Source: an uncultured Candidatus Saccharibacteria bacterium (GTDB lineage Bacteria; Patescibacteriota; Minisyncoccia; UBA6257; UBA11618). Taken from it: DNA of 64,000 bases. The stretch is from the NCBI GenBank assembly GCA_964432405.1, contig CAYSNH010000001.1, positions 122,932 through 186,931 of the forward strand, written 5' to 3'. The notes under the pieces are model-generated. The model was not told the DNA's origin and did not search any database. It saw only the letters and a list, made by a program, of their open reading frames with translations. This document shows, piece by piece, positions 36,044-45,678 of the stretch. The translations under genes and the position numbers were made by a program. Every line of letters begins with the position of its first letter. The first letter of the stretch is position 1.

Positions 36044-36709
36044 TTATTTTTTATCTTTCTGAATAGAGACGCCCCTTTTTTCAATTAGTGCTGGATTATA
36101 GAAGTTGTAAAATAGTTCGACGACCTCGTCTTCTGATAAAGGAACGGCTCTCAAGCCAACTCTATTTAAGCCAGCCGTCACCTGATCTACTCTCAGGTCT
36201 AATTGGCGTTTATTTTCTATGAACTGGTCACTTTCAGTCTTCTTTTCTTCCGCCCTCTTCTTTTTAAATAATCCAAATAATCCTCCAGCTATTTTTTTAC
36301 CTATTTTAGGAAGAGCGATCGGATCATAAGGAACTATAATAAAAAAAGTTTTAGACATAATAGGATTTCTTTCTACAAACGCCTTAACAAAATCTCGATA
36401 GTCAGTAATTATATTTTTTAATAAGCTGGTAGGTTCTTTTTGGTGAAGTTTTTTTAATTGATTAAGATAGTTGTCAATATTAATTTTTCGAGAATGAATT
36501 ATTTCTTGAATAGAAAAACTAAGAGAGTTCAAGAATTCTTGATAGCTAAAAATAATCAAATTCTTTTCTTCTTCAGATTTAAGATCGAAGTTAATTCCTG
36601 AAACTAATAATATTTTTCTAAAACCACCGTTTTTTAAAACAACCACATCATCTTTAATATGATCAACGCTGATAATTTCTTGAGTTGCTAAAGATTTTTG
36701 TTTGGGCAT
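36044..36709 (-). CDS. VirB4 N-terminal domain encoded as a separate ORF
   Basis: 221 aa; …DDVVVLKNGGFRKILLVSGINFDLKSEEEKN… matches the CagE/TrbE/VirB N-domain pattern. Its stop TAA is directly followed by the ATG of the ATPase ORF, and the combined length of 786 aa equals canonical VirB4. Confidence 0.55.
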   Translation of the reverse strand: MPKQKSLATQEIISVDHIKDDVVVLKNGGFRKILLVSGINFDLKSEEEKNLIIFSYQEFLNSLSFSIQEIIHSRKINIDNYLNQLKKLHQKEPTSLLKNIITDYRDFVKAFVERNPIMSKTFFIIVPYDPIALPKIGKKIAGGLFGLFKKKRAEEKKTESDQFIENKRQLDLRVDQVTAGLNRVGLRAVPLSEDEVVELFYNFYNPALIEKRGVSIQKDKK

Positions 36710-36723
36710 TGTTTTATTATAAT

Positions 36724-37194
36724 TTATCTATAATCAACACGACGAGCCACTTCTCTTTCGCCGGTAGTTTTTCTAAAAACCTCATATTCATTCTTCATTT
36801 TTTTAAGCCTTTGTAAGAAAGGAAGCATAAAAGACTTCTCTCCCTTAATAGGCTTGCTAGAAGTGTCTAGTTTTAATTTTAAGTTTGATAGTCCTTTTTT
36901 AGCAACTTGCTTACCACCCTTTTTTTTCCAGATGTAAATGCGAGGACGCCAATAATAATTAATCATAGATGTTAAGAGGGTGAGAAACGATCTGCCATTA
37001 TATTTAACAAAGGCAAAAGAGGCGCTTATTATAGCTATTAAAATAGTGAACACTAGCCAGAAATAAAAGTTTAAGACAAAGAAGCTAAAGAAGATTATTA
37101 AGAAGCCAGCTGCAACGTATAAAAACTGTTTAATAGTTAGAGGACCAACTATCCTATCTTCTATATCTATAAATTGAGGGACTTGAAAATGCAT
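36724..37194 (-). CDS. VirB3-like small membrane protein
   Basis: 156 aa; …IVGPLTIKQFLYVAAGFLIIFFSFFV… followed by a second TM helix; positioned immediately upstream of VirB4 as VirB3 usually is. Confidence 0.45.
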   Translation of the reverse strand: MHFQVPQFIDIEDRIVGPLTIKQFLYVAAGFLIIFFSFFVLNFYFWLVFTILIAIISASFAFVKYNGRSFLTLLTSMINYYWRPRIYIWKKKGGKQVAKKGLSNLKLKLDTSSKPIKGEKSFMLPFLQRLKKMKNEYEVFRKTTGEREVARRVDYR

Positions 37195-37195
37195 A

Positions 37196-37975
37196 TTAAC
37201 TAAACCATTTAGAATCTGGAATCTTAACTTTGATTTCTCCTTTAGTCGGAGGTATTTGAGGGGTGTTGAGAGGTGTGAAGAAATTGCTATAATGCACGAT
37301 TCTTTGAACCTCTACATTATCATCTAAAGAGTTCTCTATCTCAACTCTAACAGGAGCTTCTTCAACAGATCTTTCCTTAACAGGTTCTTTATAAGTGAAA
37401 GAAGACTTACTCTCTTCTTCTACAGGCTTAATCTCTCCTATTTCTTCATGAAGAACAAATGGTTGATTGGGAGTAGGTGGTTTTATTTTTTGTTTTGCTA
37501 ATGGCAGATTGTTAGGAGCCTCAGTTGCTGGCTTATTTTTAACCTTGGTGGGCTTAGCACTTAACTTAGCAGGATTAGAATATTCTGTTACCGGCGCCGG
37601 TTTATCAGGGTAGGATGATAGTTGGTCAGGTGGAGCTGTAGAGTATTCAATCATCTCATGAACATCAACGCCTATTTTCTTTAACTCTGCCTCGATTGGC
37701 TGCAAGCACTCATCATGAATTTTTTGAGTCACTTCTTTAGCAGCCTCATAATTTATTTTTAGTTGAGATCCTAGTTCATTAGCAAAGTCTCGGGGATCTA
37801 AATCCTGAACAGCTACTCGAAGAATTAATTTAGAAATAATCCTTTCCTTATCAGACTTCAAGCTAAGCTTATCATTGAGAGTAGTTATATTTTTTACTAT
37901 TTCTTCAGAGCTAAGCCAGTCTCTGATTTTATCAGATAATGAAGCGAAGGCGTTTTGTAATGATGTTGTGACCAT
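37196..37975 (-). CDS. Hypothetical protein with Pro/Lys-rich central linker
   Basis: 259 aa, no TM; lies inside the T4SS-like block. Confidence 0.4.
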   Translation of the reverse strand: MVTTSLQNAFASLSDKIRDWLSSEEIVKNITTLNDKLSLKSDKERIISKLILRVAVQDLDPRDFANELGSQLKINYEAAKEVTQKIHDECLQPIEAELKKIGVDVHEMIEYSTAPPDQLSSYPDKPAPVTEYSNPAKLSAKPTKVKNKPATEAPNNLPLAKQKIKPPTPNQPFVLHEEIGEIKPVEEESKSSFTYKEPVKERSVEEAPVRVEIENSLDDNVEVQRIVHYSNFFTPLNTPQIPPTKGEIKVKIPDSKWFS

Positions 37976-37989
37976 AATTTTTTTATATT

Positions 37990-39849
37990 CTAACTAAAAG
38001 ACGGGCCATTTATATAATCCTTTAATTCCTTTAATTCTTTGTATTCTTTTCCACCAGGCGCCATTGATATGAGATCTTCTCTTATGCCTGGACTCTCTCT
38101 TCTCCTTACTTCAGGCATTTTTATTTCTAAATGTTGGTTAATAGTGCTTTGAAGGACCTGCTTCTTTTCTGTTTGAGGTGATCGGGCTAATTCTTTTAAT
38201 TGATTTTTTGTTAGCCCCATAGCCACCTCGACCTTTCTAAGTTCTGAGGTGGCTATATTTACAATCTCTTTAGCAGGAATTTTGCCAGTCGCCTTTCTAA
38301 TTGCTTCAGCTACATTTTCAGTTCCCTCAACAAATTCCCCAGCTAAAGAAGGCATGGTTTTTAGAGCCTCTTCTTTGGAGTTCATCTTTTTAGCTGAGTT
38401 GACAAAAGGTTTTATAGCAGCCTCTCGATCACCCCCTCTTTTATCAAGAAAGTCATCTAATTGACCTCGTTTCGACAGCTCATTAAGCTTAGCAGCTTTA
38501 GCAGTCGCTCCTAATTCTGAGTAACCATATAGCTCCGTGTTATTAAGACCCTTCAACTTTTCATTTTGATAGCTGTCAACTTGCTTTTTTCTATCAGCTC
38601 TCTTTTTAGAGTCTGCATCAGCTCTGTAGCTCGATGTAAATCTTCTAATACCAGGCATTCTAGCTAGTCCAGATCCAGCAGCTCCTAACCCAGCCTTACC
38701 AGCTCGTAAAGGCAGTTTAGCAAATCCTTTACCAATCTTTTTGGTCCTACCCTTAAATCTGTTATAAAGAGCAAGTGAGCTATTTTCCACCATGTCTTTT
38801 GCGCTACTACTTATTTTTTTTGAAATAATCAGATTACCTAGCAATAATCCAATGACAATAGATAGTCGAGCTCCTGTTTCAGCAATATTAGCAATAAAAT
38901 CACTAACATTACCACCGGAACCGCTAATAACACCAAAGACGCCACTAGGATGAGTTTTGAAATTGGTCAAGAAGATAATAGTTAAATAAATAAAGAATAG
39001 TGAAACTGGCAGAAAGGCCAGGTATTCAATGAATTTTCCCTGCCATTCCTCCCAATTCTTTTTAAATTTAGGAATTGCGCTAGAGATTAAGGCTAAGGGT
39101 AGCATTATTAACAACAGGGATAAGGCTATATAACGCACTAGGACTGATAAGGACAATATCATCATAGTACCCCCTCCCAAGACGGTGAAAGCAACAACAA
39201 AAAATAGTGCTGCTAGTAATTGAAGTGATGCCTTGCCAAATTGAAAATCAGCGCTTTCTGTAAATTTATCCTCCTCCTCTTCAAGAGTATCTGTTTTCAT
39301 AGCCTCTTGTAATCCTAGGGCATGTGCAAGAGATTTGGAAAATTCACTGAAGTCCCCGTGGCTAGCGTTTGGAGTTGATTTTGTCACAAAGAAATTACTA
39401 ACAACACCAGTAGCATCAATAAATACACCGGCAATTGATAAGCTAAAGTTGATTAGAAGAGCGACTATAATAATCTTTGGCAAAAGATTTTTATATGTAT
39501 ACCCTTGCAACCTTATAATAGTTCCGATAGCAGCTGTAATTATAGCCACAACCAACAACAAGTTAGCAAAGTCGCGAGATATCTGCCAACCAACTTGTAC
39601 TAAGGGGCTGTTTATTAGATTGGCATTTAATTCCAGACCTACTTGGATTAAAAATCCAGCTATCATAAAGACAATTGCCGCTAAATAACCAATAAGATAG
39701 ACAGCAAAATACAAAAATTTTGCCATTGCGGCATCCACTGCTGAGAGCGTACTGAGAGCGCCGCCCTCTAAAAAACCTGCTTGAGCTAAGCTAGGTATTA
39801 AAATTACCAAGAGTAGAAGTAGAAGTAGTATTTTATGTCCTTTAAACAT
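37990..39849 (-). CDS. VirB6/TrbL-like polytopic membrane protein with long hydrophilic C-terminal domain
   Basis: 619 aa; a signal peptide then at least 7 TM in the first about 370 aa, and a roughly 250-aa charged tail. This resembles Gram-positive VirB6 analogues. Confidence 0.5.
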   Translation of the reverse strand: MFKGHKILLLLLLLVILIPSLAQAGFLEGGALSTLSAVDAAMAKFLYFAVYLIGYLAAIVFMIAGFLIQVGLELNANLINSPLVQVGWQISRDFANLLLVVAIITAAIGTIIRLQGYTYKNLLPKIIIVALLINFSLSIAGVFIDATGVVSNFFVTKSTPNASHGDFSEFSKSLAHALGLQEAMKTDTLEEEEDKFTESADFQFGKASLQLLAALFFVVAFTVLGGGTMMILSLSVLVRYIALSLLLIMLPLALISSAIPKFKKNWEEWQGKFIEYLAFLPVSLFFIYLTIIFLTNFKTHPSGVFGVISGSGGNVSDFIANIAETGARLSIVIGLLLGNLIISKKISSSAKDMVENSSLALYNRFKGRTKKIGKGFAKLPLRAGKAGLGAAGSGLARMPGIRRFTSSYRADADSKKRADRKKQVDSYQNEKLKGLNNTELYGYSELGATAKAAKLNELSKRGQLDDFLDKRGGDREAAIKPFVNSAKKMNSKEEALKTMPSLAGEFVEGTENVAEAIRKATGKIPAKEIVNIATSELRKVEVAMGLTKNQLKELARSPQTEKKQVLQSTINQHLEIKMPEVRRRESPGIREDLISMAPGGKEYKELKELKDYINGPSFS

Positions 39850-39854
39850 TATGA

Positions 39855-41249
39855 TTATTTACAAGCTTCTAATTGCTGTTGGGTGCTTGATATTTTTCCA
39901 GTAATTTCATTTTGAATCTGATCCTTAGTAGTCTCTTTAGTAGTTTGGAATGATTGAGCAGCTTCTTCATCTAATAAATTAACTATATTATTGTAATGAT
40001 ATGCGATAGTTGGAGTATCTTGATAAGTGGGGTTTTGGATATTAAACTTAGCACTTTCTAGCGCCTCGGTAATCTGTTTATTATTTAACAGCTCTCCATT
40101 TAGTTGATTTAAAGCCCTTTGTTCATTTTCTAGGTTGGTTTCTGTAGATATGACTTCTGGTAAGTTGCGTTGAGCCTGACAGTCTCTTAGTTCAGCCACC
40201 ATTACCACCAGCGTAGATTGACTTCCTACTAATGTAGCTAGCACCTCTCCTCCAATCTGTCTTGGTAATAGGGTCGCGTCAATTTGAGTAATAAATGTTA
40301 GTTGGTTGTCCCCAAAAGTTTTTTCATTAGCCTTAACAATAGACAGGCAATTAGTTAAGTCACTACCTCTCAATCCGGCACACGGGCCAGAACCGCTTAT
40401 GTAGCCATTAGTTGGTTTGTCAGGAGTGGTTAAGCTAATTAACCCTTCTGCACCGGACCTAATTAATCTATTAATTAAAGCATCCGCTATCGCCCCTACA
40501 TAAACAGCTAAATCATTGGCGTTAATTAGATAGTCGATATCAGAGCCAACAGCTTTTGCAACTAAAGCACCAACTTGAGCTCCTGGAGTGGTAATTGTAC
40601 AGAATCTTCCAGAAGGATCACACTTTCTAGTGCCTAAGAAGCCATTACCAGAAACAGCCTCTAAAATACTAGCCTGAGCCTCTTCAGCAATTCGACGATC
40701 TCTCTCATTCATAGCCATAAAGACAGCGCCATAATAATTGTTTTGAGGTAACCACATTTCTGAGTAAGCAAACCAACCACCGTTACGGAAGTCCTCATAA
40801 AAGTTTTCAATATTACCAACGATATCATCTAGTGTGCAAGAAACGAAATCAGTAAATCTTGGCGGGTTAAGAATGCTTAACTGAACTTGGAGGCCGAAAG
40901 GAGAGCAGAGCTCTTCTAATCCTAGCTCTAGCGCAAAGTCACCTGCTGCAATATTAGCCGCATCAGATAAGAAGCCTTTCCAGTCAGTAACAAACAAAGG
41001 CTTCCCTCCTCCTTCAACCCAGTTAACTATCTGATCGGTAACCATTGATAACAATCTTCTTTTTAGAGCTGCCACAGCTACCTCAGTAACTTTTCTAAAG
41101 AATGTTTCGTCACTAGCGTGAGTAAGTAAGACGGGGTTAGATTCAAAGACAACATCGCCAACTCCGAAAATAGCCTCGGCTTTTTGAACAGGTGTTAAAA
41201 TCAAGCTAAGTCCGATAATTCCAATTAAAATTTTATTTCTAATATTCAT
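39855..41249 (-). CDS. Hypothetical secreted protein (T4SS-like block)
   Basis: 464 aa with a signal peptide …VQKAEA, several Cys, and a Q/N-rich C-terminal coil. It could be a VirB5-like or pilus-associated component, but no motif supports this. Confidence 0.35.
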   Translation of the reverse strand: MNIRNKILIGIIGLSLILTPVQKAEAIFGVGDVVFESNPVLLTHASDETFFRKVTEVAVAALKRRLLSMVTDQIVNWVEGGGKPLFVTDWKGFLSDAANIAAGDFALELGLEELCSPFGLQVQLSILNPPRFTDFVSCTLDDIVGNIENFYEDFRNGGWFAYSEMWLPQNNYYGAVFMAMNERDRRIAEEAQASILEAVSGNGFLGTRKCDPSGRFCTITTPGAQVGALVAKAVGSDIDYLINANDLAVYVGAIADALINRLIRSGAEGLISLTTPDKPTNGYISGSGPCAGLRGSDLTNCLSIVKANEKTFGDNQLTFITQIDATLLPRQIGGEVLATLVGSQSTLVVMVAELRDCQAQRNLPEVISTETNLENEQRALNQLNGELLNNKQITEALESAKFNIQNPTYQDTPTIAYHYNNIVNLLDEEAAQSFQTTKETTKDQIQNEITGKISSTQQQLEACK

Positions 41250-42031
41250 TAAATACTTATTTGATTAATCTTTAATAAATTCAAAACCTTGCTAGTTACC
41301 TCCTTAAACCCAGCATCTATTGACGGGTTGTATCTTAAAGCCGCTAAAGCCTCCAGAGGGCTGTCATTGGCATCCCGCAACTTAGTCATAACTATCTTTT
41401 GCTTAATCATTAAAGAGATTTGTTGCTTGTGTATACTGGTAGCTGGCACAGGAACTTCTAATTTATAAAAATCAGCTATAGCACCGTCATAAGAAGAAGT
41501 TATTTTATCAAAATTATTTTTACTAAACTCCTCCCAATTTATCTTCTGTGTAGCGAAGTGCTTGTTGATTATTTTTTGGAAAGAACGTAAGTAGTTGGCA
41601 AGAGCTTCTTTGTCGGTTCGATGAGAAATATTAATCCTTGCTAATTTAACATCATTAAATCCAAGATCTATATTATTAACTTTCTCCAGCTCTTCATTAA
41701 TTATAGAGTTGGCTATATTTTCTGGATTAAGAGCCTTGGCATATTTCTGATCATCAATATCTACTAAACCATTATTATTTAATTCCTTGATATGTTGAGC
41801 TATCTTATTACCTAGCTGTTTAGTAGTCTCTTCTGCAACTGGATTAGTTTGACGTGTGTTAAGAGGAATATCCTCATTTAAGGTATTTGAAATATTTGAT
41901 TTCTCCTGAGCTGTTTTTGGTGGTGATGCTGTTGGAGTCTGAGTCTCTAATGAATTACCAAAAAATATTAATCCACCCAAAACAAACAGGCCCATAAGCA
42001 AAAACAAACCGAATTTACGCACGGATCTCAT
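41249..42031 (-). CDS. Hypothetical bitopic membrane protein (first gene of T4SS-like block)
   Basis: 260 aa with an N-terminal TM (FGLFLLMGLFVLGGLIFF). The start overlaps the preceding gene by 1 nt. Confidence 0.4.
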   Translation of the reverse strand: MRSVRKFGLFLLMGLFVLGGLIFFGNSLETQTPTASPPKTAQEKSNISNTLNEDIPLNTRQTNPVAEETTKQLGNKIAQHIKELNNNGLVDIDDQKYAKALNPENIANSIINEELEKVNNIDLGFNDVKLARINISHRTDKEALANYLRSFQKIINKHFATQKINWEEFSKNNFDKITSSYDGAIADFYKLEVPVPATSIHKQQISLMIKQKIVMTKLRDANDSPLEALAALRYNPSIDAGFKEVTSKVLNLLKINQISI

Positions 42032-42086
42032 GTAATAATTATACCTTTAATTAGTAAACTAAAAAATTAAGAGAGTTATCCACTAC

Positions 42087-42848
42087 TTAAAACAACCTAG
42101 ACATTTTTTGGATAGTTTCTAAATCCAAGTTTTGAGGCCTACTCCTCTCTTTTATATCTAAATCAGTTAATTTTTCTTTTATAGCATCTTTTTCTAGCTC
42201 TAATCCTTCAGAAAGATTATTTAAAATAGTTTTTCTAGGCTGTTTAAATAGAATTCTAATGAACTTATAGTAGCGCTCACTATCTTTTACGTGCTTCGTT
42301 CTTAGGCTGATAATAGCGGAGTCAACTTTAGGGGGTGGAATAAAGCTGCCAGGGGGAATAGTGGCTATTATTTTAGGATCAGCCCAATATTGAACGCTAG
42401 CAGCTAGCAGGTTCATTGATGGCGGTTTGGCAGATAATCTTTTCGCCACCTCTTTTTGCATGGTAAAGACGGTTAGAGAAGGCTTATTATCTAATTCAGC
42501 AATTATTCTCAATAAATGACCGGTGATGTAATAAGGGATGTTGCCTATTAATTTATAATCCCTATTCAATTTATTGGTTATAGGCGGCAGGGCCTTTAAC
42601 GCATCATCTTCAATAACCTCTAGGATTGCAGTACTCCTATTTTTTAATTTAAGATCGAGAGCTAATTTTTTATCTTTCTCTAAAGCTATAATCTTGCCTA
42701 TTGGAGCCTCCATTAACAGCTCGGTTAAAGATCCTCTACCCGGACCAATTTCAATAACAAAATCCCCGCTCTGTATTTCTAGAGCTTCAATTATTTTTTT
42801 CAGAATATTCTGATCTTTTAAAAAATGTTGTCCCAATCTTTTTCCCAT
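42087..42848 (-). CDS. rsmA: 16S rRNA (adenine1518/1519-N6)-dimethyltransferase
   Basis: 253 aa; LGQHFL and the SAM-binding VIEIGPGRGSLT. Confidence 0.9.
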   Translation of the reverse strand: MGKRLGQHFLKDQNILKKIIEALEIQSGDFVIEIGPGRGSLTELLMEAPIGKIIALEKDKKLALDLKLKNRSTAILEVIEDDALKALPPITNKLNRDYKLIGNIPYYITGHLLRIIAELDNKPSLTVFTMQKEVAKRLSAKPPSMNLLAASVQYWADPKIIATIPPGSFIPPPKVDSAIISLRTKHVKDSERYYKFIRILFKQPRKTILNNLSEGLELEKDAIKEKLTDLDIKERSRPQNLDLETIQKMSRLF

Positions 42849-42851
42849 ACT

Positions 42852-44627
42852 CTAATATTCAATATACATCTCATCCTCGTCAGGTAAATGGTCTTTGTCT
42901 TGCCCAAGACCTTTAAATACTAACAGCTCCTCAGGTATTTCGTATAAAAATCTTGAAGGAATACTGTTTAAGGTGAGGAATAGATTTTTTCTAGCCCTAG
43001 TCATAGCAACATACATTAATCGCCTTTCCTCTTCTAACTCTTCTGGAGAGCCTAGAGATCTTTCGTGAGGTAATAATCCTTCACTACAACCACAAACAAA
43101 AACATTATCAAACTCCAATCCTTTTGATAAATGAATTGTCATCAATTTAACTCCACCCATCCCCTCAGGCTGATCCTGGCTTTGTACCAAGCTAACCGCT
43201 TCCAAAAAAGCAGCTAAACCCTGACTTTCAAAAGAAGAGGCAAAATTAACCAGCTCCTGAATATTTTCAATCCTCTCTTTGTAGTTTTTATAATGACTTT
43301 CTAGATAGCTAATATAATTAGAGTTATTTAGAAATGAATCAATCAATTGAGTGAGGCTAAGTTCTGTTGCTAGACGGGGTAGGTTTTCAATTAACACCCT
43401 GCTACGCCTCTTACCAAAAGCTTTTTGCAGACGCTCAAAGCTAACTTCGTCATTAGGATTAAAAGCAAAGCGTAATCCAGCCAATAAATCTTTAACCTCT
43501 TTTCTTTCATAAAAGCGAATACCGCCAAAAACCTGGTAAGGTATTTGTTCGTATATTAAAGCTTGCTCAATAGCTCGTGATTGAGCGTTAGTGCGATATA
43601 AAATGGCTATTTCATCAGAACTGTTATTAGATCCTCTCAGATCCATTATTTTAGAGGTAATCCAACCAGCCTCTTCTTCTTCTGATTGAGAAGTGGTGAC
43701 ATTTATTTTATTGCCGGCTGGATTTTGAGTCCAGAGAGTTTTTTCTTTCTGAAACTTATTATGTTTAATCAATTCATTAGCCGCATTAATGATATTGGCG
43801 GAAGAGCGATAGTTTTCTTCTAATAAAACTACTTTGGCGTTAGGCCAATCTTTTTCAAAGTTAAGAAAATTACGAAAATCAGCATGTCGCCAGCCATAAA
43901 TTGATTGAGCATCATCACCCACAACGCTAAGGTTGTTATGTTTTTTAGCTAGCAGCTTTATTAATAGGTATTGGGTCACATTAGTGTCTTGAAACTCATC
44001 AACTAAAATATATTTAAATCTATTTTGATACTTTTTTAATATCTTAGGGTCATCTCTCAACAAAATAACTATTTTTTCAATCAAGTCATCAAAGTCAAAA
44101 GCATTACACTTCTTTAAGGTCTTCTCGTATATCTCATAAGCCCTAGTCATCATCTCATCATCATTAGATGAGACTAACTCACTTTTTATTTTTGAAATAT
44201 AATAACGTATTAAACGAGGCTTATACTCTTCCTTGTCCAAATGGAGCTCTTTAATAATCTTTCTAATAACAGATAAAGAATCACCGTCATCGAAGATTGT
44301 AAATTGAGAGCTTCTTCCTAAATGTTTTGCTTCAACTCTTAATAAGCGAGCTCCTAATGAATGAAAGGTGCTAACAATTAATCCCTTGGTATTAACATTT
44401 TTGGCCTGACAATCTCTTTCTATCCGAAACTTCATTTCATTAGCAGCCTTGTTGGTAAAGGTAATGGCTAATATTTTCTCAGCTGGAACACCGGACTCTA
44501 AAAGACTAATAATTCTATTAGTTAAAGTCTTTGTTTTGCCAGATCCCGCCCCTGCCGCAATCAATAAAGGACCCTCTTTATAATCAACGGCCTCTTGTTG
44601 ATTTTTGTTAAGTTTTTCTGTTATCAT
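42852..44627 (-). CDS. UvrD/PcrA/Rep-family SF1 DNA helicase (short)
   Basis: 591 aa; Walker A AGAGSGKT and helicase motifs Ia-VI (e.g. TFHS, VDEFQDT, YRS, VAMTRAR). Confidence 0.85.
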   Translation of the reverse strand: MITEKLNKNQQEAVDYKEGPLLIAAGAGSGKTKTLTNRIISLLESGVPAEKILAITFTNKAANEMKFRIERDCQAKNVNTKGLIVSTFHSLGARLLRVEAKHLGRSSQFTIFDDGDSLSVIRKIIKELHLDKEEYKPRLIRYYISKIKSELVSSNDDEMMTRAYEIYEKTLKKCNAFDFDDLIEKIVILLRDDPKILKKYQNRFKYILVDEFQDTNVTQYLLIKLLAKKHNNLSVVGDDAQSIYGWRHADFRNFLNFEKDWPNAKVVLLEENYRSSANIINAANELIKHNKFQKEKTLWTQNPAGNKINVTTSQSEEEEAGWITSKIMDLRGSNNSSDEIAILYRTNAQSRAIEQALIYEQIPYQVFGGIRFYERKEVKDLLAGLRFAFNPNDEVSFERLQKAFGKRRSRVLIENLPRLATELSLTQLIDSFLNNSNYISYLESHYKNYKERIENIQELVNFASSFESQGLAAFLEAVSLVQSQDQPEGMGGVKLMTIHLSKGLEFDNVFVCGCSEGLLPHERSLGSPEELEEERRLMYVAMTRARKNLFLTLNSIPSRFLYEIPEELLVFKGLGQDKDHLPDEDEMYIEY

Positions 44628-44641
44628 GGGTTATTGATACA

Positions 44642-45637
44642 ATGCTTAAAAAATTATCCTTTTTAAGGCAAAAGGCGGCTCTGCCGGCTATTTTTATTAC
44701 TTGCGCCTCTATCTTCAACCTCTTTATTCTATCAGGTTTTTTCCAGCCTTTTTCTAACAATACGGTTTTAGGAGGTCCAGATCAAATGGATAATAATCAA
44801 GCGCTCTTGTCAGCGGAAACCCCCATTGATTTTGAGCCGGCTAATAATTTAGAGGATTTTGGTGGTTTTGCTATTTTAGATAGCTCTTATGTTTTAAGTC
44901 CAGGTAGCTCCTTGAGTAATACCCTCCCTACCCGAAACGGCTTAATGATTTATCGAGTCCAGTCTGGTGACAACTTATCTAGCATAGCTGCAAATTTTGG
45001 CGTATCACTTAATACTGTTTTTTGGGCTAACCCCAATTTAAATAAAAGAAGATCAATACAAGTCGGTCAGGAGATAGTAATCCTACCAGTCTCAGGAGTT
45101 AAACATGAGGTTCAAGAAGGAGAAACCCTTATCACTATAGCCTCTCTCTACAATGTTAACCCAGATCATATTTTAAAATATAATAAACAAATTGTGGCGG
45201 GTAGAAGTATTATCATTCCTGGCGCTAAGCCAACTAAAAAAACTACCCATTACACCCAATCTAAAAAGTTACCACGTCTAGCTGGACATCTTGTTGTCCC
45301 AACTACCGGTTGGAACTGGGGGCAGCTTCATTATAATAATGCCGTTGATATTGCTAATGCTTGCAACACATCAATTTATGCCGCCGCTGAAGGCTTGGTG
45401 GTTAAGGTTCGATCCGGTTGGAATGGTGGTTATGGAAATTACGTCATCATAGAACATCCTAATGGCATCTCTACCCGCTACGCTCATTTGCAAAAATCTA
45501 CCGTGTCAGTTGGTCAGTATGTTGTTCAGGGTGATCAAATTGGTCAAATGGGAAGTTCAGGTAACACTCATGGACCAACCGGTTGTCACCTTCACTTTGA
45601 AGTTGTGGGCGCTGCTAATCCATTCGCTAAAAGATAA
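44642..45637 (+). CDS. LysM-domain M23-family peptidoglycan endopeptidase
   Basis: 331 aa with an N-terminal anchor, two LysM repeats (YRVQSGDNLSSIA…, HEVQEGETLITIAS…) and an M23 catalytic region (HLHFEV). Confidence 0.8.
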   Translation: MLKKLSFLRQKAALPAIFITCASIFNLFILSGFFQPFSNNTVLGGPDQMDNNQALLSAETPIDFEPANNLEDFGGFAILDSSYVLSPGSSLSNTLPTRNGLMIYRVQSGDNLSSIAANFGVSLNTVFWANPNLNKRRSIQVGQEIVILPVSGVKHEVQEGETLITIASLYNVNPDHILKYNKQIVAGRSIIIPGAKPTKKTTHYTQSKKLPRLAGHLVVPTTGWNWGQLHYNNAVDIANACNTSIYAAAEGLVVKVRSGWNGGYGNYVIIEHPNGISTRYAHLQKSTVSVGQYVVQGDQIGQMGSSGNTHGPTGCHLHFEVVGAANPFAKR

Positions 45638-45664
45638 TAAAAAACCCCAGAGTTGCCTCTGGGG
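45637..45664 (-). terminator. Rho-independent terminator for the G+C-rich 333-aa gene (possibly bidirectional)
   Basis: Hairpin CCCCAGAG-ttgc-CTCTGGGG at 45645-45664, with a T-tract on the minus strand at 45637-45644. Confidence 0.5.
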
Positions 45665-45678
45665 GGCGGCTGACAAGA

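Noticed and set aside
31547-42813. Short antisense ORFs inside the T4SS-like block (31547..31729, 32032..32220, 34674..34889, 35403..35588, 38249..38464, 39335..39688, 42574..42813)
   Set aside because: All lie within longer minus-strand genes that are contiguous and translationally coupled. They carry no independent signals.
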